In this document: positions 1 through 8,724 of the stretch, one piece after another
Position numbering within the stretch: position 1 is the stretch's first letter
How the letters are laid out: each line of letters opens with the position of its first letter
NCBI RefSeq assembly: GCF_000012925.1
Contig: NC_007517.1
Span: 1,740,001-1,772,000, forward strand
DNA: 32,000 bases
Direction of reading: 5' to 3'
Origin: Geobacter metallireducens GS-15
Lineage (GTDB): Bacteria; Desulfobacterota; Desulfuromonadia; Geobacterales; Geobacteraceae
Notes under the pieces: generated by a model
Database searches by the model: none
Told to the model about the DNA's origin: nothing
What the model saw: only the letters and a program-made list of their open reading frames with translations
Translations under genes and position numbers: made by a program

Positions 1-1125
1 ATCCAGGCCTCTGCTGAAGGAGATGTTTCGCTGGGCAGCCAACTGGAGCACTGTTTTCAGCTTGTAGAGGAGGGCGTTATCGACATTCTTCTTCGCCGGC
101 ATGACGATGTCATTCCCTTCCACGCGAACCACATCGCCAAAATTGGCCACGAGCAGTCGTACCTGCTCGGTGAAATCCACATGCTTCGTCTCAATAGTGC
201 TTTCGATCTCGTCCGCAAAACTCAGGAGGGTAGCCTTGACCGCGTCCATTTCCTGGTCTTCCTGAGCCACGTCTTCCGTGAAATCCGCGGAAAGCAGAAA
301 GGGGTCCTTCCTGTCGGCCGGCCAGAATTTCACCATTTCCAGCAACTCATTGAAAATGGAGGCATAACGGTTCAACCGGTATTCACAGCGTTCAGTCACG
401 CTCGGCAGAGCGGCGCAGTGTGTGATCAAATCTTCCACAATGGAGTTAAGAAGCGCCATGGGTTTGGTATAGGGCTGGCTTGTGGAGGCTCTTCCAGCCA
501 TTTCCACGACGGAATGATCCTCGTAAGGTTGTTTGTAGGTTTCTTGTTCCGCATCGGCGGCGATCCGCCACCAGATGTGCAGCAGCTCGCTGAATGAGGG
601 GGGGCTGATGAACTGTTTTGCCGCTTTCGCAATCTCCCATTCCCGGGCCTTTGCCGCATACAGGCCGAGGATGCTCCTGTTGGCAACGAGATCCGCATAA
701 ACCTTTTCCGCAATATCCAGAAAGAGGGAAAATTTGTATGCATACATCGGAGGGAGTTCGAGTTTTGTCTGGGCCAGCTTCAGGACATGGCCGGTCCATT
801 CCGTCTTCAGGTAGGCGCTTCTGATGGCGAGCCCTATTGCAATGTCGGCCTGAACTGCGGGGATCGGATAGCGTCCCATGATCGGTGAGGGATCAATTTC
901 GATGCTGTCGGATCGGGTAATCGGCATTCCTTCCCAGACTACGCTGCCGCTGTTTCTGCCGACTTGAGAAACCACCTTTCTGATGCCACGCAGCAATTTC
1001 GCCAGTTCCAGTATCTCAACGGGCGATTTGTCCCTGCGCCAGTATTCGGAAAAACCGTTTTCACCGGCTATCAGGAAACGTTCCTGAGCTTTACCGTCCC
1101 GAGAGGTTTTTTCGGAATGAATCAT
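1..1125 (-). CDS. Conserved hypothetical protein in the bssF position of the bss operon (first 375 codons; 3' end lies beyond the left window edge)
   Basis: The minus-strand frame (plus-strand triplets starting at 1,4,7...) has no stop from the ATG at 1125 down to position 1. N-terminus is MIHSEKTSRDGKAQERFLIAGENGFSEYW. Its ATG overlaps the TGA of the upstream ATPase gene (ATGA, 1122-1125), which suggests translational coupling. It is not in the ORF track because it has no stop in the window. The functional slot is assigned by gene order only; I recognise no domain. Confidence 0.6.
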   Translation of the reverse strand, partial: MIHSEKTSRDGKAQERFLIAGENGFSEYWRRDKSPVEILELAKLLRGIRKVVSQVGRNSGSVVWEGMPITRSDSIEIDPSPIMGRYPIPAVQADIAIGLAIRSAYLKTEWTGHVLKLAQTKLELPPMYAYKFSLFLDIAEKVYADLVANRSILGLYAAKAREWEIAKAAKQFISPPSFSELLHIWWRIAADAEQETYKQPYEDHSVVEMAGRASTSQPYTKPMALLNSIVEDLITHCAALPSVTERCEYRLNRYASIFNELLEMVKFWPADRKDPFLLSADFTEDVAQEDQEMDAVKATLLSFADEIESTIETKHVDFTEQVRLLVANFGDVVRVEGNDIVMPAKKNVDNALLYKLKTVLQLAAQRNISFSRGLD

Positions 1126-2006
1126 CGATATTCTCTGGTGTGCTGTTGCCAGGTGTGGTCGAACAGAACGTATTCATTGCCGACGCTCTCGGTGTACCCC
1201 TTGTTGACATGGAGACCGATGAGCACCGACTCAAGCGCCTCCTGGCTGGTCTGGAGACTCACGGCCAGGGCCTGTCGCAAGCTTGCGCCGACTGCCATCA
1301 TATCGCCGATCATGAGGGCCGTTCTGGTCGATACGTCGATCCTGAGATCGGAATGGCTTCTCAGGAAGTTAAGGGCGGAGATGATGTCGTCTGCCTGCAC
1401 AGCGGAGATGCCGGTTTTTTTTACCAACACCTCTCTTTCCACGTCGTTTGGCAGATAATCCATCAGCAAAAAGTAAAAGCGATCACGCAGGGCGGCATCG
1501 AGCAGTTCAGTCCCGACAAAGTCGTCCCCCTCATTCAAGGTGGCAAAGAACACCACCCCTTTCGCCACGTTTACCTGTCCCAGCTCTTCGAGCCAGACCT
1601 CGCGGCTGTCGGACAAGAGGGAGAAAAGCATATTCAAGGCCTTCGGGTGTTCCGGCCGGTTGATCTCTTCCAGGTGAATGACACAGTTGGGGGTCTGGAT
1701 AGCCTCGGGGAACAGAAACTGTTTATATTTCGTCTCTCCGGCTTCCAGTGCGTATTCACCAAACAGCTGGCCAGGCTCGGAAAGTATGCCGACTTGAAAC
1801 GTCGATAACGGGTTCTGGTAGATGGCGGCATACTGCCTTACCAGGGAAGACTTTCCACATCCCTGCCTACCGGAGATCAGCACGTTCACCGGTTTTTTTT
1901 GCGATAGCTGGTGGATCTTTTCAAAAATATCCGCCACGTCCTTGCTTACATAAAAATAGGGATCTTCCTGGGGTACCGATAAGTTACTCTGTTTACTGGC
2001 TGACAT
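1122..2006 (-). CDS. bssE: MoxR-type AAA+ ATPase, BssE-like putative chaperone of benzylsuccinate synthase
   Basis: Walker A GRQGCGKS, a Walker B-like VIHLEEINR, and a MoxR/AAA_5-like size. It lies directly 3' of bssB, as bssE does in known bss operons. The ATG at 2006 (MSASKQSNL) has GAGGA 9 nt upstream; the GTG at 2021 used by the track is an alternative start. Confidence 0.8.
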   Translation of the reverse strand: MSASKQSNLSVPQEDPYFYVSKDVADIFEKIHQLSQKKPVNVLISGRQGCGKSSLVRQYAAIYQNPLSTFQVGILSEPGQLFGEYALEAGETKYKQFLFPEAIQTPNCVIHLEEINRPEHPKALNMLFSLLSDSREVWLEELGQVNVAKGVVFFATLNEGDDFVGTELLDAALRDRFYFLLMDYLPNDVEREVLVKKTGISAVQADDIISALNFLRSHSDLRIDVSTRTALMIGDMMAVGASLRQALAVSLQTSQEALESVLIGLHVNKGYTESVGNEYVLFDHTWQQHTREYR

Positions 2007-2045
2007 ACGATGTGTCCTCACGGTGGTCTTCAGGTAAAGGTGACA

Positions 2046-2069
2046 GGCGGCACCGATGTCGGTACCGCC
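2046..2069 (-). other. Intercistronic stem-loop between bssB and bssE
   Basis: GGCGGCACCG-atgt-CGGTACCGCC pairs at 9 of 10 positions, inside the roughly 140-nt bssB-bssE spacer. No U-tract follows on the sense strand, so it is more likely an mRNA stability or processing element than a terminator. Confidence 0.35.
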
Positions 2070-2147
2070 GTCTTCCCGGTCTGTAATAACGGGGCAGTCA
2101 AAGCCTGGTGGGACCAGATTGCCCAGAATTACCCCGCCTGACCAGTA

Positions 2148-2375
2148 TCACACATGTTCTCTGAAGCTGAGCTTGCCGACTTCATGTTTGCCGCAGGTCA
2201 TCCTGTTTACGTCGGTTACCCACCGTTTCCACACGCCACCCATGGCATTTCTGTTGACGGTGCACTGTCCCCGAAGCGGGTTGGTGGGGTCCGCTATCTG
2301 CCATTTGCATGATTGACACGGTTTCTTCGTGCCAGGCTCTTCGTGCATCATGTTGCCATTACTTGTTGCGCTCAC
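2148..2375 (-). CDS. bssB: Benzylsuccinate synthase beta subunit (small four-Cys subunit)
   Basis: ...MMHEEPGTKKPCQSCKWQIADPTNPLRGQCTVNRNAMGGVWKRWVTDVNRMTCGKHEVGKLSFREHV. The four Cys, the size and the position immediately 3' of bssA fit BssB. The GTG at 2375 has GGAGG 5 nt upstream and is my preferred start; the longest ORF reaches the ATG at 2408. Confidence 0.85.
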   Translation of the reverse strand: MSATSNGNMMHEEPGTKKPCQSCKWQIADPTNPLRGQCTVNRNAMGGVWKRWVTDVNRMTCGKHEVGKLSFREHV

Positions 2376-2441
2376 TGTTGCCTCCTGTCCCGGGCCACGT
2401 GGAGACATCCCGCCGGGAATGCCCCCACGTGGATGTATTTG

Positions 2442-5030
2442 TTAGAGTTGTGTGTTCAGGTATTCAAGATCATCGGCACCGAAGGCCTGTTCGTTTCTGG
2501 CGATGATGGTGTTTTGGCCATAGGTCGGGATATCCACAAAGCGGGCACTGAAGCCTGAAACCCTGACGATGAGATCCTGATGCTTTTCGGGTTCCTTTTG
2601 AGCGGCCTTCATCTCTGCAGTGCTCACGCAGTTGAACTGGACATGATCTATGTTGAGTTTCTCCCAGGCATCCATATAGGATTTCCAGATAGTAAAACCA
2701 TGCACGCTACGCATGATCGGCACGGAAAGCCTCTGGTTGAGCAGATTGGCTTTCTGGTTTTTCTGCACTTTGGAAACGGACTTCAGTACGGCAGTCGGTC
2801 CTTTTTTGTCCGTCCCCATGTAGGGAGAAATACCCCCGTCGTCACCGGCATCGCCACCGAAACGGCCATCCGGGGTTGGACCGGTCCGTGACCCGATTTC
2901 CATGTAGAGTCCGACCGCCTGACCTACGGGAAGTACTGGTCCACCCGAATAATTGGTGATCTTTGCCATCTCGCCGCCAATGATATCCTCGTAAAATTTC
3001 TTGATGATGGTATCGGCATATTCGTCGTCATTGCCCCATTTGGGTGCATTCAGGAAATCCTGGCGCATATCCTCGTAGCCGTGCCAATTTGCGCGGAGAG
3101 CAGTGACGAGCTGGGCCATCGTGTACTTCTTCTCGTCATAGATCAGTTTCTTGATGGCAACCAGGGAGTTGGCGGCAACGACTGTCGTGATGGGGTTATG
3201 CCAACCGTTCGGCTGCTCGGAAAGTTCCATGCTGTCGATGCCCAGCTCCATGCAGCCATCATCGATGCTGGAGACGAAAGGCATCTGCAGGAATTTCGAT
3301 TCGTAATAACGCATGATGTCCTTGGCACGGATCACCTTGCTCGTCGCGTAGGCATACTGGCTCCTGAACGCTTCCCACAGCTGTTCAAACGTCTTGAATG
3401 TCGTAGGGTCCCCAGTGTGCGGACCCAGCTGCATGCCCGAATAGGACCAGTCAAACCCGTCTGCAAGGACGATTTCCATCATCTTGGCCGGGAAGATCGA
3501 GCCGCCACCTTCCGACCTTGTCTTATGGGTCTTACGCCTGCCACATACACCGGGAGACATGCACAACACCAGGCCCCAGTAATGGGCCTCGTCATCGGTC
3601 GCCCCATTGTTATTCTTGCTGAACTGGCTGTAATACTTCAGTTGTTCCGTACCAATGACGTCATGCTTGATTGAGGGGTACCCCAGGCCATCCCGGATGC
3701 ACTCGAAAACAAGGCGTTTGGTTTTCTCGCGGCCGACCGGATGCCACCTGAACACGATGGACGGTTCCGTGGTTCTGATGTTCCTTGCACCTTCGAGAAT
3801 GGCATCGGTCATGTCACTGCAGGCATCCACATAACCGGGCTTGGTCCCGCCGATGGTCAGAATGAACAGGTCGTTGGAACCGGGGAAGATTTCGCGGTAT
3901 GCTCTGGACTTCCCTGCGCCATGTTCCGAGATCTTCAGTCGCTCCATTTCAACCATTTCCACCACATCGGTGTGGGTCATGGGCTGGAAGGATTTCTCCT
4001 TGACGCTTATGTTGTAATAGGGCTCCAGCATCTCGTCTTCTTTTTGGGCATAACCGCTGGCATAGCGGTCTATGGCATGACAGATCAGGTAGGTATACCA
4101 TTTGGCCTGGAACGCATCTTTCAAGCCTTTGCACGGCTCTGCCGGCACGCGGTGGCTTATCTCAGCTATCTCCAGCAATTCTTCCTTTCTTGCAGGGTTT
4201 GTTTCGAAATTCTCGGCAACAATTTTTGCGAGACGGGCGTGGCGCCTGGCCCAGTTGATCACGGCTTCATCGGCGATGATCATTGCCTTCCAGACATCGA
4301 TCTTGGCTATCCAATCCAGTCCGGTTGTTGCATCCCATGGAATCTTCTGCATTTCCCTTTTGGCATGCTCGATCTTCTCGTGCGCCATTTCAATCCGTTT
4401 CAACAGACCGTCCTGCAGCACCGTTTCGTAAGGGGGGCTGATACTGTTGTAGCCCGTGGCGAACCCCGGAGCCTCCATGGTGCTCACCTGGTACATCTGC
4501 AGGAGTTCTTCCTGGGTGAAATACCGCTCGCCCTTGGCCTGCATGCTGTATTTCTTCCAGTATTCGTTGATCTCCGCAGCTTCTTCTTTGGGCTGGGGGG
4601 AGTAGTCACTCATGAGGTAGTCCTGAACCGCCATATAGGCGAGTTCAGGATAGAGCGGAAACATCTCGGGGTCTTCGGCGTGGTAGCCGATGATGAATTC
4701 GTCCTGCTGCAGGACCAGCGTGCTTTTGTTCAATATGTTCGCGAGTCCCAACGCTCTTCTGATCACTTCCGGCTGCCCTGCGCTCGCCTTGTGCGCTTCG
4801 GTGATGAAGCGCATCCGCTCGATGCCGGCCCGAACCTCCGCATCGACAAATTCTCCCGCTGCGGCATGCTTCCAGCGGCACCGTGCCTTGAGTCTCTTTG
4901 TCCTCTCCGTGGTGGGACGGGCAAGATTTTCATGAAGTACTTCATCAGCTATTGCATTTTCTTCCTGATTTGCCAGCGGAAAATCGACAACCTTGTCATT
5001 GTACTTAATTGATGCAGCAACCGTTGACAT
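2442..5030 (-). CDS. bssA: Benzylsuccinate synthase alpha subunit / fumarate-adding glycyl-radical enzyme catalytic subunit
   Basis: 862 aa. It carries the C-terminal glycyl-radical fingerprint RVSGFSARFVDIPTYGQNTII and the thiyl-Cys loop LVLCMSPGVCGRRKTHKTRSEGGG. The length and the flanking small subunits are typical of BssA rather than pyruvate formate-lyase. Confidence 0.95.
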   Translation of the reverse strand: MSTVAASIKYNDKVVDFPLANQEENAIADEVLHENLARPTTERTKRLKARCRWKHAAAGEFVDAEVRAGIERMRFITEAHKASAGQPEVIRRALGLANILNKSTLVLQQDEFIIGYHAEDPEMFPLYPELAYMAVQDYLMSDYSPQPKEEAAEINEYWKKYSMQAKGERYFTQEELLQMYQVSTMEAPGFATGYNSISPPYETVLQDGLLKRIEMAHEKIEHAKREMQKIPWDATTGLDWIAKIDVWKAMIIADEAVINWARRHARLAKIVAENFETNPARKEELLEIAEISHRVPAEPCKGLKDAFQAKWYTYLICHAIDRYASGYAQKEDEMLEPYYNISVKEKSFQPMTHTDVVEMVEMERLKISEHGAGKSRAYREIFPGSNDLFILTIGGTKPGYVDACSDMTDAILEGARNIRTTEPSIVFRWHPVGREKTKRLVFECIRDGLGYPSIKHDVIGTEQLKYYSQFSKNNNGATDDEAHYWGLVLCMSPGVCGRRKTHKTRSEGGGSIFPAKMMEIVLADGFDWSYSGMQLGPHTGDPTTFKTFEQLWEAFRSQYAYATSKVIRAKDIMRYYESKFLQMPFVSSIDDGCMELGIDSMELSEQPNGWHNPITTVVAANSLVAIKKLIYDEKKYTMAQLVTALRANWHGYEDMRQDFLNAPKWGNDDEYADTIIKKFYEDIIGGEMAKITNYSGGPVLPVGQAVGLYMEIGSRTGPTPDGRFGGDAGDDGGISPYMGTDKKGPTAVLKSVSKVQKNQKANLLNQRLSVPIMRSVHGFTIWKSYMDAWEKLNIDHVQFNCVSTAEMKAAQKEPEKHQDLIVRVSGFSARFVDIPTYGQNTIIARNEQAFGADDLEYLNTQL

Positions 5031-5055
5031 GAATAACCCCCTGTTTGATCATTTG

Positions 5056-5229
5056 TTATGCTGTTTTGAATGCTTTACATGATGGAGAATCGTTCCTGGT
5101 CGGCTTGGACAGCCAGTATTTACCCTTTGCGTCCTCCTTTTCGATAACGCAGTCTCCTTTGCCTGCTTCAAAGTCCCCGGCATTTTCAGGAACGGCAAAA
5201 TAGAATGAGCAATTCTTACAAGTGGTCAT
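5056..5229 (-). CDS. bssC: Benzylsuccinate synthase gamma subunit (57 aa, four Cys)
   Basis: Hand translation of the minus strand gives MTTCKNCSFYFAVPENAGDFEAGKGDCVIEKEDAKGKYWLSKPTRNDSPSCKAFKTA, ending at a TAA (5056-5058). GGAGA lies 6 nt upstream of the ATG at 5229. The gene sits between bssD and bssA as in known operons and matches my memory of BssC (MTTCK.C..F...KGKYWLSKP). It is too short for the ORF track. Confidence 0.85.
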   Translation of the reverse strand: MTTCKNCSFYFAVPENAGDFEAGKGDCVIEKEDAKGKYWLSKPTRNDSPSCKAFKTA

Positions 5230-5288
5230 TTCGAATCTCCTTTATGTGCATGGTTGACATCCTGCGGATTTGTCGTGATACAGCGCGA

Positions 5289-6335
5289 TTAGCGTTGAGT
5301 GACCACCACCCCCCTTCCCTGCGGCGAATAAACCGGGCGTGAAAAATAATCCCGCCTTGGCTTCAGCGATCTCGTGCCGGCAACATTTTCAACTGCTGGT
5401 GACGACCCAACCATACCGCCGAGGGTAATCTCTCGAATTCCTTGCTGCCTGAGTGCGTTAACCAGGGGGGTAAGCTGCTGTGCCGGAAGGTCGGGAACCC
5501 CCAGGTATTGATAGCTGCGCCCCAGTTGCACATATTTCCCCGTCGCATAGGAGTGATAGGGAAGGATGTCGACTCCGGACAGTTGGTTGGCGAACTGCCC
5601 CAGATACTCTGCATAGGCTTCGAAATCTTGACTGGTGTCGTTGATGCCGGGAATGATCGGGAGATGGGTACGTACTGTTGCCCTGGCTTCCAGGAGCCGT
5701 TCCAGGTTCGATAAGATTTTGTGCAGGGAACCACCGATAACGTGTTGATGCTTTTGGGGATCAGGGGTTTTGATGTCGACAATAAAAAGATCTACGTACT
5801 TCAGAAGGGGTTCAATATTATGCCATTCGGCAAACAGAGATGTCTCTATCGCTACATGAACATTCTCTTTTACTTTCAGTCTATACGTCAGATCACGGGT
5901 GAATTCAGGATACATCAGAGGCTCTCCGCCACTGACCGTGACACCACCTCCGCTATGCTGGTAAAAGATTCGATCGGACACAGCCTCCTGGACAATGCTT
6001 TCTATCGAAATGAATTTGCCTACTGTTTCACGTGCGCCAAACCGGCAGGCAGATACACACTGGAAACATGATGTGCAATGAGATCTATCGGTCGTTTTCC
6101 CAATACAGTCGTCATGCTCAGGATTATCAACACCCGATGGACAAGCTGTCAGACACTGTCCGCAATTACTGCATTTGCTTGCATGATAATAGAACTCTTG
6201 CTTAGGATTTATGTTCTCAGGATTATGGCACCATGGGCAATGGAGAGGGCAGCCCTTGACGAAGATGGTAGTTCTGATGCCGGGGCCGTCATGGAGGCAG
6301 AATCTTTGAATTTCGGTGATGAGTGGAGTGAGCAT
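5289..6335 (-). CDS. bssD: Glycyl-radical enzyme activase (radical SAM), benzylsuccinate synthase activating enzyme
   Basis: 348 aa. It has the radical-SAM motif CPLHCPWCHNPE near the N-terminus and two ferredoxin-like clusters (CSNCGQCLTACP, CTSCFQCVSACRFG). It is the first gene of the operon. Confidence 0.9.
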   Translation of the reverse strand: MLTPLITEIQRFCLHDGPGIRTTIFVKGCPLHCPWCHNPENINPKQEFYYHASKCSNCGQCLTACPSGVDNPEHDDCIGKTTDRSHCTSCFQCVSACRFGARETVGKFISIESIVQEAVSDRIFYQHSGGGVTVSGGEPLMYPEFTRDLTYRLKVKENVHVAIETSLFAEWHNIEPLLKYVDLFIVDIKTPDPQKHQHVIGGSLHKILSNLERLLEARATVRTHLPIIPGINDTSQDFEAYAEYLGQFANQLSGVDILPYHSYATGKYVQLGRSYQYLGVPDLPAQQLTPLVNALRQQGIREITLGGMVGSSPAVENVAGTRSLKPRRDYFSRPVYSPQGRGVVVTQR

Positions 6336-6399
6336 GGTGCACCTCCCTGATTGACAAAGGGTATGCTGCTGAACCGAACGTGCTTTCTAGTAGAGCATT

Positions 6400-6416
6400 A
6401 GCAGCAGTTGTGCCAA
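6400..6416 (-). promoter_or_regulatory. Sigma-54 (-24/-12) promoter of the bss operon
   Basis: The minus strand reads TGGCAC-aactg-CTGC (6415 down to 6401), with the GG and GC dinucleotides at canonical spacing. It lies about 65 nt upstream of the bssD ATG, and a sigma-54 activator gene sits divergently next to it. Confidence 0.65.
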
Positions 6417-6552
6417 AACAGTGTTTCATAAGACATTAAACAAGTCTCACATTGTATTTAGTGTATATTTGACAACTAGACATAGCTTCTTTTAAATCGC
6501 CATGTTATGATATGATTTAGGTGCTAAAATTTTGTTTGTATTTTGTGTTGGT

Positions 6553-6583
6553 GGGGGTGGGGGAAGCGATTTGGGGGGAGGGG
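6553..6583 (+). other. G-quadruplex-type G-tract (G5-N1-G5-N9-G6-N1-G4)
   Basis: The plus strand reads GGGGGtGGGGGaagcgatttGGGGGGaGGGG, embedded in otherwise AT-rich intergenic DNA between bssD and the regulator gene. Only the pattern is seen; folding and function are untested. Confidence 0.5.
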
Positions 6584-6930
6584 CGGCACTATGCGAGAAT
6601 GAAAGTGTGACGGGAAAAAGTTTGATTATTTTCTAAATACTGCTCTCAGGATTCAATATTTCAGAAAATGATGAACATTTTTTTTATACACTTGAATAAC
6701 TGTGGAGTTGTGGTGGGCGATGGGGCGCTTGCCAGTTTGAGGGGGGTGAAGAGGCTTTGATAATATAACTAGTCAATAATGCAATGCTTTTTATAATTTG
6801 CCGTTGCCCGGGGTATAGTAAGTTCGGAGTACTGACTGTATATAATTGCAATTTAAGTAAAAGCGACATATAAAACAATGTTAGATATTGCTGGGTCACT
6901 TCTGAGGCATTTATCGAGAAAGGTGGCATA

Positions 6931-8691
6931 GTGAAAAAGCGTAAGCTCGCGAAGGAAAGCTCTGCAAGTACCGTGGTCAGTGACAATCTACGTTCGCAAT
7001 TGCGTTTTTCAAGCGAAACCGGCGAGATATGGTTGTCTGAGCACCGTATGCTTCTTGTTCATGCGGATTCTCATGCGAAATTGCGCCGTGAGTTGATCGA
7101 AACTCTCGGAGTGGGCCGTGCGCGGGGCGTGATCATGCGCATAGGCTATGCTACCGGCATAAGTGATTATGAACTCACCCATATCAGCCGGGATAGGGTA
7201 ACTGATAATGAGAATTTCATGGCCGGGCCACTCTTATTCACATTGGAAGGAAATGCCAAGACCACTATCCCCAAATTAGAAATTGATCGGAAAGCAGGTA
7301 CGTTTTATGTCGAGGCTCTCTTGGAGAATTCCTGGGAGAGTCAGGCATACCTGCGCCATTATGGTGAGTCCACCGAAGGGGTGTGTTGGTATTTACAGGG
7401 CTACTCGAGCGGCTATTGCTCAGCTTTTATGGGCAAGCAAATTCTTTGCAGGGAAGTAAACTGTTTCGCTGCTGGCGCGAACCACTGCTACCTTGTCGGT
7501 AAACCAGTCGAGGAATGGGATGATTCCAGCGATTTTTCACTAATGATGAATCAGGAATCCATTACCGACCAGCTCATCGGTCTTCAGAATCAGGTTGTGC
7601 ACTTACGTTCCGCAATGGGTGAAAAAAAATTGCCTTCTGATGTGCTGGGGAATTCGCCTGCTTTTCTCGCCGCTTACGATCTTCTTACGCAAGCAGTTGA
7701 TAGCCAGATTACGGTACTGTTGCTTGGAGAAACAGGAGTTGGCAAGGAGGTATTTGCGCGCACTCTCCATGAGAAGGGGGCACGTAGCAAGGAATCGTTC
7801 ATCGCCATCAATTGTGCCGCCATTCCACACGACCTTGTGGAATCCGAACTGTTTGGCGTGGAAAAAGGCGCATTTACGGGCGCACATATATCTCGCCCCG
7901 GGCGCTTTGAGCGAGCCGACGGAGGCACGTTATTTCTTGACGAGGTGGGAGATCTCCCCCTTTCGGCGCAGGCAAAACTACTTCGGGTGCTTCAGGAGGG
8001 AGAGGTTGAACGTCTCGGCGGGACAAAAACACATAAAGTAAACGTGCGTCTTGTAGCGGCAACAAACATCGACCTGCGAAACCTGGTTGAGGTGGGAAAA
8101 TTCAGATCCGATCTTTATTACCGGCTCAACGCGCTGCAGATTAACATTCCGTCACTCAGAGAGCGTAAGTTGGACATTTTGCTTCTCGCCAAGCACTTCC
8201 TCAAGAAGTACTCCGCGATCAACGGCAAGAGGCTGCGCGGATTTTCCGACAAGGCAAAGCTGGCTTTGCTCGCCTATCAATGGCCCGGCAACATCCGTGA
8301 ACTGCAGAATGTTGTCGAACGCGCTGTAATGCTTGCGCCGAACGGCACCCACATCCATATAAACCATATGTTTCCTTCGTACAAAAACGATGGACTCCAC
8401 GAGTTTGCGCTTGATGTCAAAGGGGGCTTGAGCGCCGACCAGGAGGAAAGTGGTGAAAGCTTCTGCGATGCCATCCTGAGCGGCAGGATAACAATGGAAC
8501 AGGCCAATAACATGCTGGCAAACGCCGCCGTGGAAAAGGCCAAAGGGAACCTTTCCGCTGCGGCGAGAATGCTCGGTCTGACCCGTGCCCAGTTGGCCTA
8601 TCGACTCGAGCACCAGCATGACAATGCAATCGTCAAATCCATACGAGTCAGAGCGAAATCCCGAGATTCGTCAAACTATCCACTGAAGTGA
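6931..8691 (+). CDS. Sigma-54-dependent transcriptional activator, XylR/DmpR family (aromatic-effector N-terminal domain)
   Basis: 586 aa. The N-terminal XylR_N/V4R-like region reads ...CWYLQGYSSGYCSAFMGKQILCREVNCFAAGANHCYLVGKPVEEW. The AAA+ module has Walker A GETGVGKEVFA, the GAFTGA loop (EKGAFTGA) and Walker B FLDEVGDL. A Fis-type HTH (AAARMLGLTRAQLAYRL) sits at the C-terminus. The GTG start at 6931 has AAAGGTGG upstream. Confidence 0.9.
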   Translation: MKKRKLAKESSASTVVSDNLRSQLRFSSETGEIWLSEHRMLLVHADSHAKLRRELIETLGVGRARGVIMRIGYATGISDYELTHISRDRVTDNENFMAGPLLFTLEGNAKTTIPKLEIDRKAGTFYVEALLENSWESQAYLRHYGESTEGVCWYLQGYSSGYCSAFMGKQILCREVNCFAAGANHCYLVGKPVEEWDDSSDFSLMMNQESITDQLIGLQNQVVHLRSAMGEKKLPSDVLGNSPAFLAAYDLLTQAVDSQITVLLLGETGVGKEVFARTLHEKGARSKESFIAINCAAIPHDLVESELFGVEKGAFTGAHISRPGRFERADGGTLFLDEVGDLPLSAQAKLLRVLQEGEVERLGGTKTHKVNVRLVAATNIDLRNLVEVGKFRSDLYYRLNALQINIPSLRERKLDILLLAKHFLKKYSAINGKRLRGFSDKAKLALLAYQWPGNIRELQNVVERAVMLAPNGTHIHINHMFPSYKNDGLHEFALDVKGGLSADQEESGESFCDAILSGRITMEQANNMLANAAVEKAKGNLSAAARMLGLTRAQLAYRLEHQHDNAIVKSIRVRAKSRDSSNYPLK

Positions 8692-8724
8692 GTAATTGTT
8701 GGTTGCCGCCTGTAGCCTAAATCA

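Noticed and set aside
3741-5012. 423-aa plus-strand ORF (plus 3081-3674 and 2580-2891) opposite bssA
   Set aside because: They are antisense to bssA, and their composition and sequence are uninformative. bssA is unambiguous.
6684-6986. 100-aa minus-strand ORF overlapping the regulator start
   Set aside because: It lies in the AT-rich control region and overlaps the regulator gene's SD and start. There is no SD and no recognisable features.
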